Shown here piece after piece: positions 24,711-37,400 of a DNA stretch of 64,000 nt. The position numbers and the translations under genes were made by a program. The stretch's first letter is position 1; each line of letters begins with the position of its first letter. Below the pieces are notes generated by a model that made no database searches, was not told the DNA's origin, and saw only the letters and a program-made list of their open reading frames with translations. Source of the stretch: Azolla caroliniana (Eukaryota > Plantae > Polypodiophyta); the NCBI GenBank assembly GCA_043228905.1, contig JBHGNT010000018.1, forward strand, positions 5,208,001-5,272,000. The letters are read 5' to 3'.

Positions 24711-27700
24711 TTTTTAAAAAAAGCAAAAGATATCCATTCATTAGTGTAAACCATTTACAAAGTTTCGATTTCTATGTAATCGACGGAGAAATAGCCATTT
24801 TGGTGGTTGAAAGTGAAAGTGCCAAAAAGGAGTGCCATTCTTCGAGGACATAAGTGGGGGGTAGTTGTCCACAAATTAAGAAACCGATGGTGTTGAGCAG
24901 CTTTATCGTTGGAATATCCAATAATACAATCCCATTGACCCTTCAAAGTATGAACCAAGTCCAACCGAATACTTTTTACTAGTTCCGTTGATGAGGCTCA
25001 AACTTGATGAAAATGGTATGTGTTTTATGTTAAAAATGTGTGAAATGTTTTCCGTTTCCAATGTATAATGTTCTCTTCTCGTGGCCGACTCCAAGTATGT
25101 ATGCCCTCTCATCGAGGGGGGTTCTCTTTTCTCTTTTGTGTATTTTTTTGTATGCATGTGCCTTGTGTCCGACGCTCGTCAAGATCATCTCATGCATCTT
25201 TGTTGTGCCCTTACTCAAAAAAGCCCCCTAGAAGAGGGCTTTGGACATATTTGTCTTTTTACCTTTTCCATGGTGGGGTTCCGACTTTTCTATGGTTGGG
25301 CCTTTCAGGGATCCTCTTTGGTATATGTATTGCCACATTCAATTGACTCGTTTAGACTCTATAGTCGACAATATCTACTTTGATTATTCTTTGAACTATG
25401 GGCGGGCCCCTGTTCACCACCGGCAAAAAGGAGCGCTTGTTGTTTAACTTTAGCAAGCTGCGTGTAGATAGAAACATAGCTTCTAGTTATGTGTATCTTA
25501 GAAGCTAGATTTTACCATCCAATTGGGCATCTATAGTAGAGGGGAATTTACAAGTTGACATAGGCAATTTAATTCACACAAATTGGGCCCAACTCATGAA
25601 TGCAACTTTTGTATCCATGGATGTAGATTCTAGCCTTCTCAATAGAATCCATCCATCCATCCATAGACTCACAATCGCTAATGTGCAATGGAAATTAGTA
25701 ACCAACAAATCAATCGAAATCTACAAGCAAACTATTATCAACAACACTCACGTTCACTACTCTAAGCTTGAATTTAGTAAACTGCAAATCAATGGAAATC
25801 CACAAGCAAACTATCACCAACAACATTGATAGAAGGAACAAAATAGAACGATTCAAATATGAGTAGTCAAACTATCCCACAAAGATAGATGTTGATGTTG
25901 GGTGCATCAACTACTAGGTATTGGTTTCTAACCCCCCCCAACCCAATATGAAGAAGCAAGATCACAATGTCAACATCAATAAGCTATGTTTTTATCTCAT
26001 CAAGATCATGATGGATTGTGCATTATTTCATTAAAACCATAGATATAAGCTTTGATGGCGTGATCTTCTTTTTGTAAATATGTCATTATGCATTCATGGT
26101 TCAAACTTAAAAAGTGCACTAGTTTTGCGAAGTGGAACCAATTCAATTGTAGATTAATGAAGCCATTAGGTAGGCAGTATAGCTCCAAATAGCTCTTTAA
26201 TCAATATCAAATTAAAATGATCATATTAGTTTTGCAAAGTTAGATCCCTTCAGTTGTGGATTTATACTTTCAATTCAAGAAACATACTATCCATATAAAT
26301 GATACCAAACTCACATACGAATATGATTTTATGTGTGATTGACTATACGCTATTCTCAGAATGTATCTCGGATCGGATTGCATAAACAAACTTTCACCTA
26401 GTTAATGGACTTGGGAAGTAGACCATATGACTTTATATATTGATGTTAAGTGTATGGCAATACTTGAATAGATAAAAGTTCGACCATATATGTGCAATAG
26501 GAGCTTTAAAAAGATAATTGTGTCTTTATAAATTTCAGATATTTTTAAGGTTTATAACTTATATACCCTTACATTCCAAGAATGAATGGAGTTCAAAGAT
26601 TGGTTGCCCATAATGGAGTACACCGGTAGGGTGAGAGAAAGGTCTATTATATATCTTAAATATTGCCCTTAAAGGTCAAGTATGACCCATGGACTAACCA
26701 AAACGTTTTCACGTGGTGTGCATGGAGTTGGCAAGTGACCCTCAATATTCAAGAATTTTATTAATCATCGTTGCAATTGAGAATGCACATCGAGGATGAG
26801 TACAAAATTGAATGGCATATTCTTTTTAGAGGAGCTTTGGTAGGTTAAATATCAACCGACAACTAAAATCCCACATGAAGCTTTTTTAAAGTTATTAAGT
26901 GGCTACTTCAAGATTGTTGAAGGAATAGAATACTCTGAAACTTCATTATTAAAAAGGAAAACAAAGCAATATCAATTTGGCTTTAACATTAATGGTAAGG
27001 AAGCTTGAATATGGGGTTACCAATTCATATTGTTTATATCTTATTAACTATAAGAATGTCCATGTTTGCATGTACATATGCAAATTCACCCAATGACCTC
27101 AAAATCTTTGCATTACATGACTGCTCATTCCATTGTTCATACTCTTCACGGTATGGTTGTATAAACTTTACACGATAACTACTAAGACATGTGCCCATTC
27201 AAATTAGCATCCAATGTGCTTTGGAAGTTATTATATGGACCCTACTATTAAAGGAAAATGTGGAGGATTGCGATGTTGAATATCAATAATGTTCGTATAA
27301 CAAAATTTGATTAGATGGAAAACTATAGTGGACACAAATTTCTAAATACTTGGGGGGATGGAACATGCATCATATCATAAATTATGAAAAGAAAAACAAT
27401 TGATATCATGAGCAAGGGTTGTACTTGTGACAAGGAAACTTCAGAATGTCTCAAGTTCTAGTCCACACATGCTTAAGTAAAAGGTCGATGAAAATGTCTA
27501 ATTGTAACCATATATGTGGGATTTGACATGTTTAGTGATGCAATACTAATCAATGTGAGTTAAATAGTTTATTTATGTGTCTCTTTCTATGCTTCTTTTA
27601 GGTTTTCTATTGTGCATGAAATCAATTGTATGGCCCACAATACAAGAATAAAAAAACCTAATTCAGATCATGCAAGAAAACAATTGAACATGGTAATAAC

Positions 27701-28205
27701 CTAAATGCAAAAAGGAGAATCATGTAATGATCTAAATGTATTGATATTTTGATGCCTTCCTAACAAATGAGAAGACATTCTTGTTAACAGGGTTGAAACA
27801 CACGTTATTGAACAAAACCATGGTCAATGAAATTTCAATGACATTCATCATAAATTTCGCAAGAAATGATAATATATCATGACAAATACCTTCGTACAAA
27901 CACGATTGATTGTATAAAGTGAAGTACAAATTTGTGTATTGAAACGTTGTGCATTATCTGTTGGCAAAGCTAAGAATGCATCGATTTTTCCCAAGATCAT
28001 GATAATTCTATTTTGTAACTTTTATATGAGTTGAGTCACGATTTAAAGAAAGGTCCTCAAAAATTCATGGTTACTAATAATTTAAAATATATAAATCGAA
28101 AAGTAATTAAAGTAAACCAAAGATCCCTGCCATATGAACGTAATCTATGATACAATAATTTAAAAACATGAAGGTCATTTTATGGAAAAAATAAAAACAT
28201 GAAGG

Positions 28206-28749
28206 TCCACACATATATAATGTTTGTAACACTTCTCACATAATTTTTGGGGATGCTAACTACAATTTGAAACCTTTCCTTGTTCCATCATCAAATGGCT
28301 TGACTTTGTGTTTATTATATCTATCTATCTTCATATGTTTAGTTTGATATCATGCATAGTTGTCGTTTACTCATCAAAATGGCCTTATTGCATTGACAAA
28401 ATACCATTTTTTTGACAAGGTTGAGGAGTGTAACATTGTCCTGTGAAACATGACGCAAACAAACACACTTTTTGTAATTACTCCACACATATATAATGTT
28501 TGTAACACTTATCACATAATTTTTGGGGATGTTAACTACAATTTGAAACCTTTCCTTGTTCCATCATCAAATGGCTTGACTTTGTGTTTATTATATCTAT
28601 CTATCTTCATATGTTTAGTTTGATATCATGCATAGTTGTCGTTTGCTCATCAAAATGGCCTTATTGCATTGACAAAATACCATTTTTTTGACAAGGTTGA
28701 GGAGTGTAACATTGTCCTGTGAAACATGACGCAAACAAACACACTTTTT
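28206..28749. repeat. Near-identical tandem duplication of a ~277-bp unit
   Basis: 'tccacacatatataatgtttgtaacac...aaacaaacacacttttt' at ~28206 and ~28482. Confidence 0.9.
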
Positions 28750-29243
28750 CCATAACACTATCATTTATGCTTCATAATTGATGTAGATGATGAAATGTTT
28801 TTGTTCCACAACTTATAAGTATGAAGGATGTTGAAATTCGGAAGACTTGTGTTTAGTACTTGTATGTATATGTGCATCCCCATTCATTAGCTTATGTGTT
28901 TTGATTCAAACCATTTGTGTAACTCATTCACATTTCCTAACAAGGGATGTCATTTGACAATGATTGGAACAAACAAAATTTATATACAAACCCAAAATCC
29001 CAAAGTCAAGGGCTATCAAACATTTAACAAACACAACTCCTCTCCTCTATACACATAAAACAATTAATTGTCATATACAAAATATCATTGATAGAGGGGT
29101 TAATTTTTGGATAAAACATTGTGAATCAAGCTAGCTATGTTTGAGATGGCACATGTAAATATGATGTTCTTATTAAAACGATAAAGTAATTAGGTAGGAT
29201 GTTTTGACAATAAAGTCAATTGGAGCCAAATTGATTAAAATAT

Positions 29244-29479
29244 TGCTTGTCAAAGATCGCTTTAGTAGCAATCAAACTATGTGTCCAAAAGTCAATTTCT
29301 AGTTCATTCATGACTCTTTTGTAATATAGGGCAACAATATGATAACTCAATCTCTATGCTTGCTTGTCAAAGATTGCTTTAGTAGCAATCAAACTATGTG
29401 TCCAATAGTCAATTTCTAGTTCATTCATGACTCTTCCGTAATATAGGGCAACAATATGATAACTCAATCTCTATGCTTG
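29244..29479. repeat. Tandem duplication of a ~118-bp unit
   Basis: 'tgcttgtcaaagat.gctttagtagcaatc...ctctatgcttg' occurs twice. Confidence 0.85.
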
Positions 29480-30197
29480 TGCATACGTGAATGATAAATT
29501 ATTTATGTCAAACATGTCAAGCGTATTTTAAAGCATATTGTTAACACTTTGTGATGTGTACGAGAAAAATGAAGATGTAACCGTGTGAGATAAATAAGGG
29601 GAAAGCATATTAATTGGAGTTAGGAAGGAAAAGAAAAAGCGAACAACAGTTGAGATAAACAAAGACCAATGGTAGAGAGATATTGAACCACTCTAACAAG
29701 AGATATTGAGTGGGCTCAAAATCTAAATTGAGGTCTTGCAACGAGCTCCAATGTTGAACTCACCATTGAGTTCTCGCATGTAGAGCCTATCTTGGGACTC
29801 TTGTTACAATAGAACTCATCGCATTGACTCTACATGATAAAACCTAAAGAGTTCTATCATGCAAAGCTTGTCATTATACTTGCATGAAATAGGGGAGGAA
29901 GGAGGAAGGGTGCAACAATTTGCGAAGTGTTGTTGTTGAACAATGCAATGTTCTGCAATTGTCAAGGATGTTGATGCTAAACCTCCTTGTCGCCTGATCC
30001 TAGGCTAGGCTCAATAGGCTCGACATTGAGCCTGGGGTTCATAGTGAATAACCACTTTTCCCTTGTCCCAAATTCCCCAACTTACACACTTAATACCGAG
30101 GGGGTGGTGAACTTTAAGCTCTTAGAATAACCACACATTTCCAATAAAAACCAATAATATGCCTACATTATCGTCACACACAAATACACATACATAT

Positions 30198-31481
30198 TGT
30201 GAAATGCACATATTAAGGGATCAAAACCATCCTAGTTAGCTTCTGACTTCTTACTCAATTTATAGTTCATACAAAGGTACCCATTTGGGTTGGCTTAGCT
30301 AAAAAGGGTGTGCTAAAAGGGTGGCACAAAGGAACACATTCACACCACATTTCCCCCCTGAGAGAAACAAGACACTAAGGAGCTGGAGCAAGAACAGGAA
30401 CATGAGCAGTGACTTGTCGAAGGAGGGGGAGCATCTATTGGAGATAGAGCTCCCAAGTGGCATTATCCATGTTGGCAGGTTTTGAATGGACATCAATGAA
30501 CGATTATGGTGGGAGGCGAGGGTTATAGAGTGCTCGAAAAAGATTGATCCATGTCGACGCCTGTACGGATGTATTGTAAGCGTGGGTGATGAAAGGAAAG
30601 ATTTGATCCGAGGTTTTGTGGCATGGATTGATGTAAGCGGCAATCTCCTTCTTGAGGGTCTTGTTGAGGCGTTTAGTGAGGTCATTTGTCTAAGGATGGT
30701 ATGGGGACGTAAACATCTATTGGACATCGAGTTGAGCTGCAACGGCGTTGAGGACATCCCCGTGGAACTGCTAGCCCTGATAGTTGGACGAAGCTAGTGA
30801 TGGAAAACAAGCTAGCAATCGGTGGATAATGATCAATCGCTCATATGGATTGAGGGTCACTTGGACTTGGCTAAGGTGGGGGACAGGAGGGCTATTGTGT
30901 ATGAGCTAACAATTGGCGGATAAAGATCAATCGCTCTTGTGGACTGAGGACCACTTGTACTTGGCCGAGGTGGGGGACCGAAGCCCTATAGGCGGATAGA
31001 GATCAATTGCTCCTGTGGACTGAGGGCCACATGGATTTGGCTGAGGTGGGGGACAGGAGAGCTATATGTGGATAGAGATCAATCGCTCCTGTGAACTGAG
31101 GGCCACTTGAACTTGGCTGAGGTGGGGGACATGAGGGCTATAGGCGGATAGAGATTAATCGCTCCTACAGACTGAGGGTCACTTGAACTTGGCTGAGGTG
31201 GGGGATAGGAGGGCTATTGTGTCGAAGGGAGATCGAGGAAACTCGTAGGACAAGAAGTTGGTGGGCAACTTAAGGTGAGGGGGAAGAGGTGGATGCTTGG
31301 ACGTGGGGGATTGGTACCCCATTCTCCACCAATATATGAAATGCACATAAGAGATCAAATCCAACCTAATTAGCTTTTTACTTCTTACTCAATTTGTAGT
31401 TCATACAAAGGTACCCATTTGGGTTGGCTTAACTACATGCATGCTAAAAAGGGTGGCACAAATGAACACATGCACACCACA
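30198..31481 (-). mobile_element. Internally deleted Ty3/gypsy-like LTR element (TRIM-sized) with ~150-bp LTRs
   Basis: LTRs 30198-30348 and ~31334-31481 (tgtgaaatgcac...caccaca). PPT is RC of tttccccc at 30349. PBS is RC of attctccacca (tRNA-Ala-like 3' end) at ~31321-31331. Integrase remnant at ~30530-30710, probable ATAT TSD, and five 76-bp internal tandem repeats. Confidence 0.75.
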
Positions 31482-31769
31482 ATATATAAACACAAATACA
31501 CACAAATATATATAAAGAATATGAACACACATTTACTTGCACAACATTTTCATACATATTTGCATATCCATGAAACACACATATTCACTTGGATACATAA
31601 GAGTGCACAAATTGTCCAAAAGTTAGTGATTGGTGCATTAGAAATGTTGGGTTTCTAAACAAGGAGAGACATAGAGAGCAAGAAAGAAAATGAAATAGAT
31701 AGGTCAAGAGGAATAGGAGAGAGTGAGAGTTTAGAGTTTAAATTTTTTCTTATCATCCATAAAGAGGCC

Positions 31770-33645
31770 AATTTTGACCTATGGGACCAAAGTATACACG
31801 TGTTCTTGATATGTGTCTCCTTCCTAAAAAGGAGTATTCATACATTGAAGCACAAAGTCTCTATGCGTGAATAAGGCATATACATATAAGCTCAACCTTC
31901 TAGGTGGTGTCTTAAGTATGACACTCCCACTTAATATGTCATTGTATCTTGAACGAATTGCACTATATGCCGAGCATGTGAAGAACAAGTGATATTCATC
32001 CTCTATCATGCCTTCATTGCATACTTTACATGCCTTCAAATTTGTTACACTTCGATACCATGATGCAACTTTGATACCTAACTTGTGAGATTGAGTGTGA
32101 AGTCGTGTGAGGGCTCTATGAGCATTACTACTCATATTGGTAATGCGATAAGGTCAGATATGATCAATTTAGGATTGACATTTGCAAGATTTATATTGTG
32201 ACCAACATTCAAGATTGACATTTGCAATGTAGTATTCTAGTTTTGTCCTCTTGGCATCATCCTACTTCATCATTAATGATTCCACCAATCTTTCCTCGAT
32301 CATTACATAATGCATAACATTGCCCGAAAGCTCTAAATGATCATCCACACCCCATATTCTGAGCCATTTTCTTATGTCAGCAACTCAATTGATGAGAGAA
32401 TTTTACTATTATGATTCTTTTGTAGGTTACATCCAACATTCCAAGTAAGATGTGGTAATCGATAATTCAACATATTCTTGACTTTTGTAATGTATCTATA
32501 TACTCTTTAGAGTGCTAATATCTCTATGGGCCGAACATAAGTTTTCGAAGAGCATAACCTGGTAAGATCTAGTGCATTTAACTCCCGTTGAGATATTCAA
32601 GCTCAAGTAGCATTAAGTGTTTAGTTTGTCACGTAACTTAGTAGTTACATGAATAGAATCTAGTTCTGAGTGAAGTATTAAATAGGAGTTACTCTAGATA
32701 TCCCCCACTACTTGTAAGTTGATGTCACACCCTTAAATGTAATTTTGTAGTTACATTCCCTCTCACTATATGTGCACTCTTTCACACAAGATGTATATAT
32801 ACCCCATCGTGGGATCTTTTGTAACTTGATGCTAATTAATATAAAGTGTTGGTGTTCAAGCCTTTTTAAGTCATCTCCATTAAATGTTCATTAAATGTAA
32901 ACCTAAATCCTCTTCTACACATACACACACATTTAACTTCAACGGCTTAATCACACATGTGGTTAACTACTTGCTGAATTAGATATTAACTAAACCACAA
33001 TTATTTATCTACTTCTTTACAACTCCTAATTACTTCCTTAAAAACATCTTTTGAATTTTCTCAATCTCACTCCATGCATCAAGAGAGATGGTGCCACCCC
33101 ACATTTCTACTCCATCAATCAATACTTGAGTTACCATGTCATTAAACAACATCAGTTTTACTTCCAATCCACAATTATCACTTTGGTTGCATTGGTTCTC
33201 CAAAAGTTAATACGATTTTCAACCTACTGGAAGCCTAGAATGAAAGCATGCACTCCAAGCCATACTTGAGTTACCATGTCATTAAACAACATCAGTTTTA
33301 CTTCCAATCCACAATTATCACTTTGGTTGCATTGGTTCTCCAAAAGTTAATACGATTTTCAACCGACTGGAAGCCTAGAATGAAAGCATGCACTCCATCA
33401 AGCCATACTTGAGTTACCATGTCATTAAACAACATCAGTTTTATTTCCAATCCACAATTATCACTTTGGTTGCATTGGTTCTCCAAAAGTTAATACGATT
33501 TCCAACCGGCTGGAAGCCTAGAATGAAAGCATGCACTCCATTTATTTGTGGTGGGTACATCAAAACCAAGATATTTAAAGCTTTGAAAAAATTGTATATT
33601 TTCACCTCTATGTGTGAGCATAGGGTAAGGATGGGATAGAGAGAC
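31770..33645 (-). mobile_element. Decayed LINE 3' portion containing a ~140-bp triplication
   Basis: CKVC...EDEYHLFFTC zinc-binding motif (ORF 31824..32135) and FKYLG motif (~33565-33585); 'atacttgagttaccatgtc' unit at ~33122, 33262 and 33405. Confidence 0.7.
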
Positions 33646-34258
33646 AACTCCTGGTTGCTCTGGCTTTTCCAAAAACGAGAACCACTCTTCATGGCTCCTC
33701 ACGTGGTTTGATGCTCTTGAGTCAACGTACCACACTTCCTCCGATCCGGAAGTGGTCTTCTTCATTGAGTTCGCCTTGTGCTTTATCACAAAGGCTGGCC
33801 CTTTTCCGGTCTTACCGGTTCCGGATCCTTCCGATCCTTTTGCGTAGTGGGAGCTTTGCCGGTTACCTTGTCCGACCTTGCCGGATCTAGATTTATCCGA
33901 ATCGGCGCACTTCTTCCAGCACTCGCTCTCTCGGTGGCCCTTCTTGCCACAATACCAACATTCCGTGCCGACTTTTGATTGCCGGTTTCTGGCGCCGCCT
34001 TGACTCCCCCTACTTGTGACGGGTCCGGAACTGTCGTTGACACCATCTCTATGCATCAGATTCTGCTTGTGCCGGCTGCCGCTATTGCGTGCCGACCCAC
34101 CTCGTCCTCCACGCCCACGGGGCGATCCACCTCTGTGTACAACATCCAACTGTCCGATTGAGTGGTCCTTGTAAAAGAATACGTATGCGGAAGTGTATGC
34201 GTAAGGACACATAGAGTACACGGTTCGGAAGTACGACAGTTTGGTAAAACACAGAAAT

Positions 34259-34322
<64 letters not shown>

Positions 34323-34495
34323 AGAAACACAAAACTATATTCCAAATAATTGTCTATGTTCTCTGTATTACATATTTCGTGCTCAGTAAGCACCTTATAT
34401 ACAAGCCTTGACTATCGGGCTGACACAAGTACTGCTGGTACTTGACCACTCATAAATGAGCCTTCTACACTAACTCCCAAAACTATTCCTTACGA

Positions 34496-37400
34496 TGTCG
34501 CGAAGATTCGCGCGTAAATGATGTCGCGAAGATTCGCGCGTGCGTGTGCTACTCGAGCGACCACCGGGGTCTTGGACTGGGGAGGATGATCGCGGAATTA
34601 TCGACGCTAGATGGCGATCAATGTAAGATTAAATGAAAATGGTTTACTTGAGAAGAAGAAAATTTGTACACTTGAGAAGTAGAAAAATATGAAGATAAAG
34701 ACAAATATAATTTATATTGATGATAATGGTGTTGGTGATATCACATATTGAGCCCCCCTTACACAAGCCCAACTAGAGGCTTTTATAGGTCTTTCCATGC
34801 TCGTGACATGCACATAACCATGGGCTAAAACCATGGTTTTGTGCACACGGTTTTGCTTATGTCATGCACAAACCATGGGTTTAAAACCATGGTTTTGTGC
34901 ACATGGTTTTCTATGGTTGTTTCGTCTATAATTTGTATATGAAAAGGAAATACATAAAATCTACACTATATGATAGTTTTCCTAGTGGTAAGGCAATTAT
35001 CTTGTATCTTAGAGGTGCAAGGTTCAATCCTTGCTTGCACCCCTCTGTATGAACTCAAGTGCCACTAGGCTAGGTTTATTTGCTAAGTGCATGTGCAATG
35101 TTGCACATCCTTGGTTTATTCGTCTCACTCGGTTTCATACCGTAGCCGAAAATCGTCACGACATCCACCCCCACCAAACCCGCACATCCTCCGGTATGTG
35201 CCAAGAAAGGTGAAGAGGTGATATCTTTGGCAACGGTGATCAACCGAGTTCCTCTGCACGCTCGTCGACTTCATCTTCCACTTCGAGTATGCGCAATCTT
35301 TCCAACCGAACCACCGTAGCCACCCGATCCACCATATCCGGCGCTCACACCTTCTTCCCCGATCGGTTGTAGTAGATCTACCGAACGATGTCGTCGATAC
35401 GACCGCTCTTCCTTCGTCCACCGCGTGTGTCCTTCGATTGGACTCCTGGCCACTCCTCACGCTCACCGTCTTCAACTGGGTATTGTAGATCGTTCGTGTT
35501 GATCTCCGATTAGGCCGGGTTTGCCCTTGTCCGGATCGGTCTCCACCGATCGCTTCTTGGCTTGGTTGGCCTTCGTCTGCATTCACATTTCCCCGGGTCG
35601 GGCTCGACCGATTGATTCTGGCTGGGTCGGCCCCCTTTTGGATCGGAATCGTCCGATCGATTTTCGCCGAATCAGGTTTCGGCCGGGTCGGCCCCGGTCG
35701 ATCGGCTCCCATGTGGATCTTCCTTCGTTCGGGTCGGAATCCCGGCCGGATCGTCTTCCGGTTCAACCGGTTCTCGACTCTTCCTTCCTTCCCGCATGCA
35801 ACCTCTCCATCGAACTCAACCGCAGCTTCATCCTTGGCCTCCACGTCGGCCATATCCTTCCCTCCATGTATGCTCGCCGCGAGCCATATTGTCTCCTCTT
35901 CGCCACCTCCTTTATCTTCGGTCTTATGCCGACACACGGTCTCGACTGCCGAAGTCTCCGGAACCGGTGTGAAGGAATCCCTTCGTTCATTTACATTTAC
36001 CTTGTCTTCTTCATCGCCCTTCCGGTCGTCCTCTTTTTTGTCCACACATTCTGTCTCTCCGGTCTCACGTTGGTGCACGTGCACAACCGCCGAAGTCTCT
36101 AGAATAGGTGTGGGGATATCCTTTCTTCCTCGATCTTCTTCCTCCTTGTGTTGGGCCTTCGTCTTCCCGTCACCACCTTCCATCTCTCCGGTCTCACGTT
36201 GGCACATGGGCGCAACCGCCGAAGTCTCTGGAACAAGCGTGAAGAAAGTGTCGACATGGCTATTCGTCGTCGACTCATCCATAGCCACCTCCGACTCGAT
36301 GTTGTTTGTCATGGCTACCTCCTCAATCTCTTCAGACTCAAACACTTTTTCTCCCTCGATCATGCAAGCTTTTCTCATGCTTGCGCCGTCATCACCCGAT
36401 GTTTCGTACACAATGCGTGTTCCGAAACATTTATCCTCCCTCGAAGTGGCGTTCGCCGTCCTCGAGTCATCGGCCTCCTCCTTCGCCGTCGTTTCTTTGT
36501 AAGACAAGAAGGTGACTTGTTTCACACCTTCTCTCTCGGTACCGTCATACCGAACGAGAGCCTTTGTATCGGCCACTTCATTAACCCGCATTTGTTGGGA
36601 GGTCTCTTCTTCCTCGATCACCATTCGCCTCGGTTTTGTCTCCCTTCTAAGCTTCATTTCTTTTGTTGGTGGTGCGTTGTTGCATCTCGTCCCTCTTCGA
36701 TCATCCCTCATGGGCCGTCTTGTTGTCGTCGATATTCTCGCTTGCCCCTTATCGTGTAGTCGGCATACACTTTCCACTTTGCTCCAATCCTCGATGAGGC
36801 CATTTGCACCATCATCTTCTTCGAGTTTGAGGCCGATCGCCATCCTTTCCATTCGATCGATTGACTTCACGAACATAAGGACCTTATCGACCCCCACCAA
36901 TCTTTGTTCCCGCTCCGACAATTGAGAAAAATGATGCTCGAAGTCTACGAATGCTTGTGTCGCACCTTGGTGGGTCTTCGCTGATGTCACCCATTGGTCG
37001 AACTTGCGTCGATCTCGTCCCTTCAGTCTCTCATAGCCATATCCCTCCAATAGAGCCTTCTCGAAATTCGCCCACGAATCATGAGCTTCTAGAAGCTCTG
37101 TTACATCTTTGAAGATCGGTTGAGACACCACCCGAGAAAAGTACTCTAGCCTCATAGCTTTGTCCACACCTCTTGAATCCATCTCCGCATTGTAGATTTT
37201 TAGGAAACTTTGGACTTCGGCACCGTTGAAATAGCTCATTCGTTCGACTACTTTGTCGACGGCTTGTTGGGCTTCATTTCTTCTTTTCTCTTCTCTCAGA
37301 AACTCCATCATCCTTCTTGACATTGCCTCCATGAGATATTCGCCATCCATCTTTGTCCTCCCCTACTGCTCTTCACGTCGGGTTCACCAAATGATGTCGC

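Noticed and set aside
23984-24853. Long ORFs of 93-256 aa (MYVCMYVC / THTHIH)
   Set aside because: They are translations of the (TATG)/(TG) microsatellite, which lacks stops by composition.
26300-27500. Possible decayed Mutator-like transposase (CxC motif near 27420)
   Set aside because: Too degenerate: no sustained frame or TIRs could be identified without a profile search.
30818-31220. 76-bp periodic array as a CRISPR-like locus
   Set aside because: Whole units are homologous with no variable spacers; it is a tandem repeat inside an LTR element.
32600-33103. Possible solo LTR interrupting the LINE
   Set aside because: TATA-like and TG/CA-like ends are present, but I could not find a matching TSD or a second copy.
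35521-36925. Plus-strand ORFs of 137-296 aa antisense to the B Gag
   Set aside because: These are shadow frames of a GC-rich coding strand, with no recognisable motifs.
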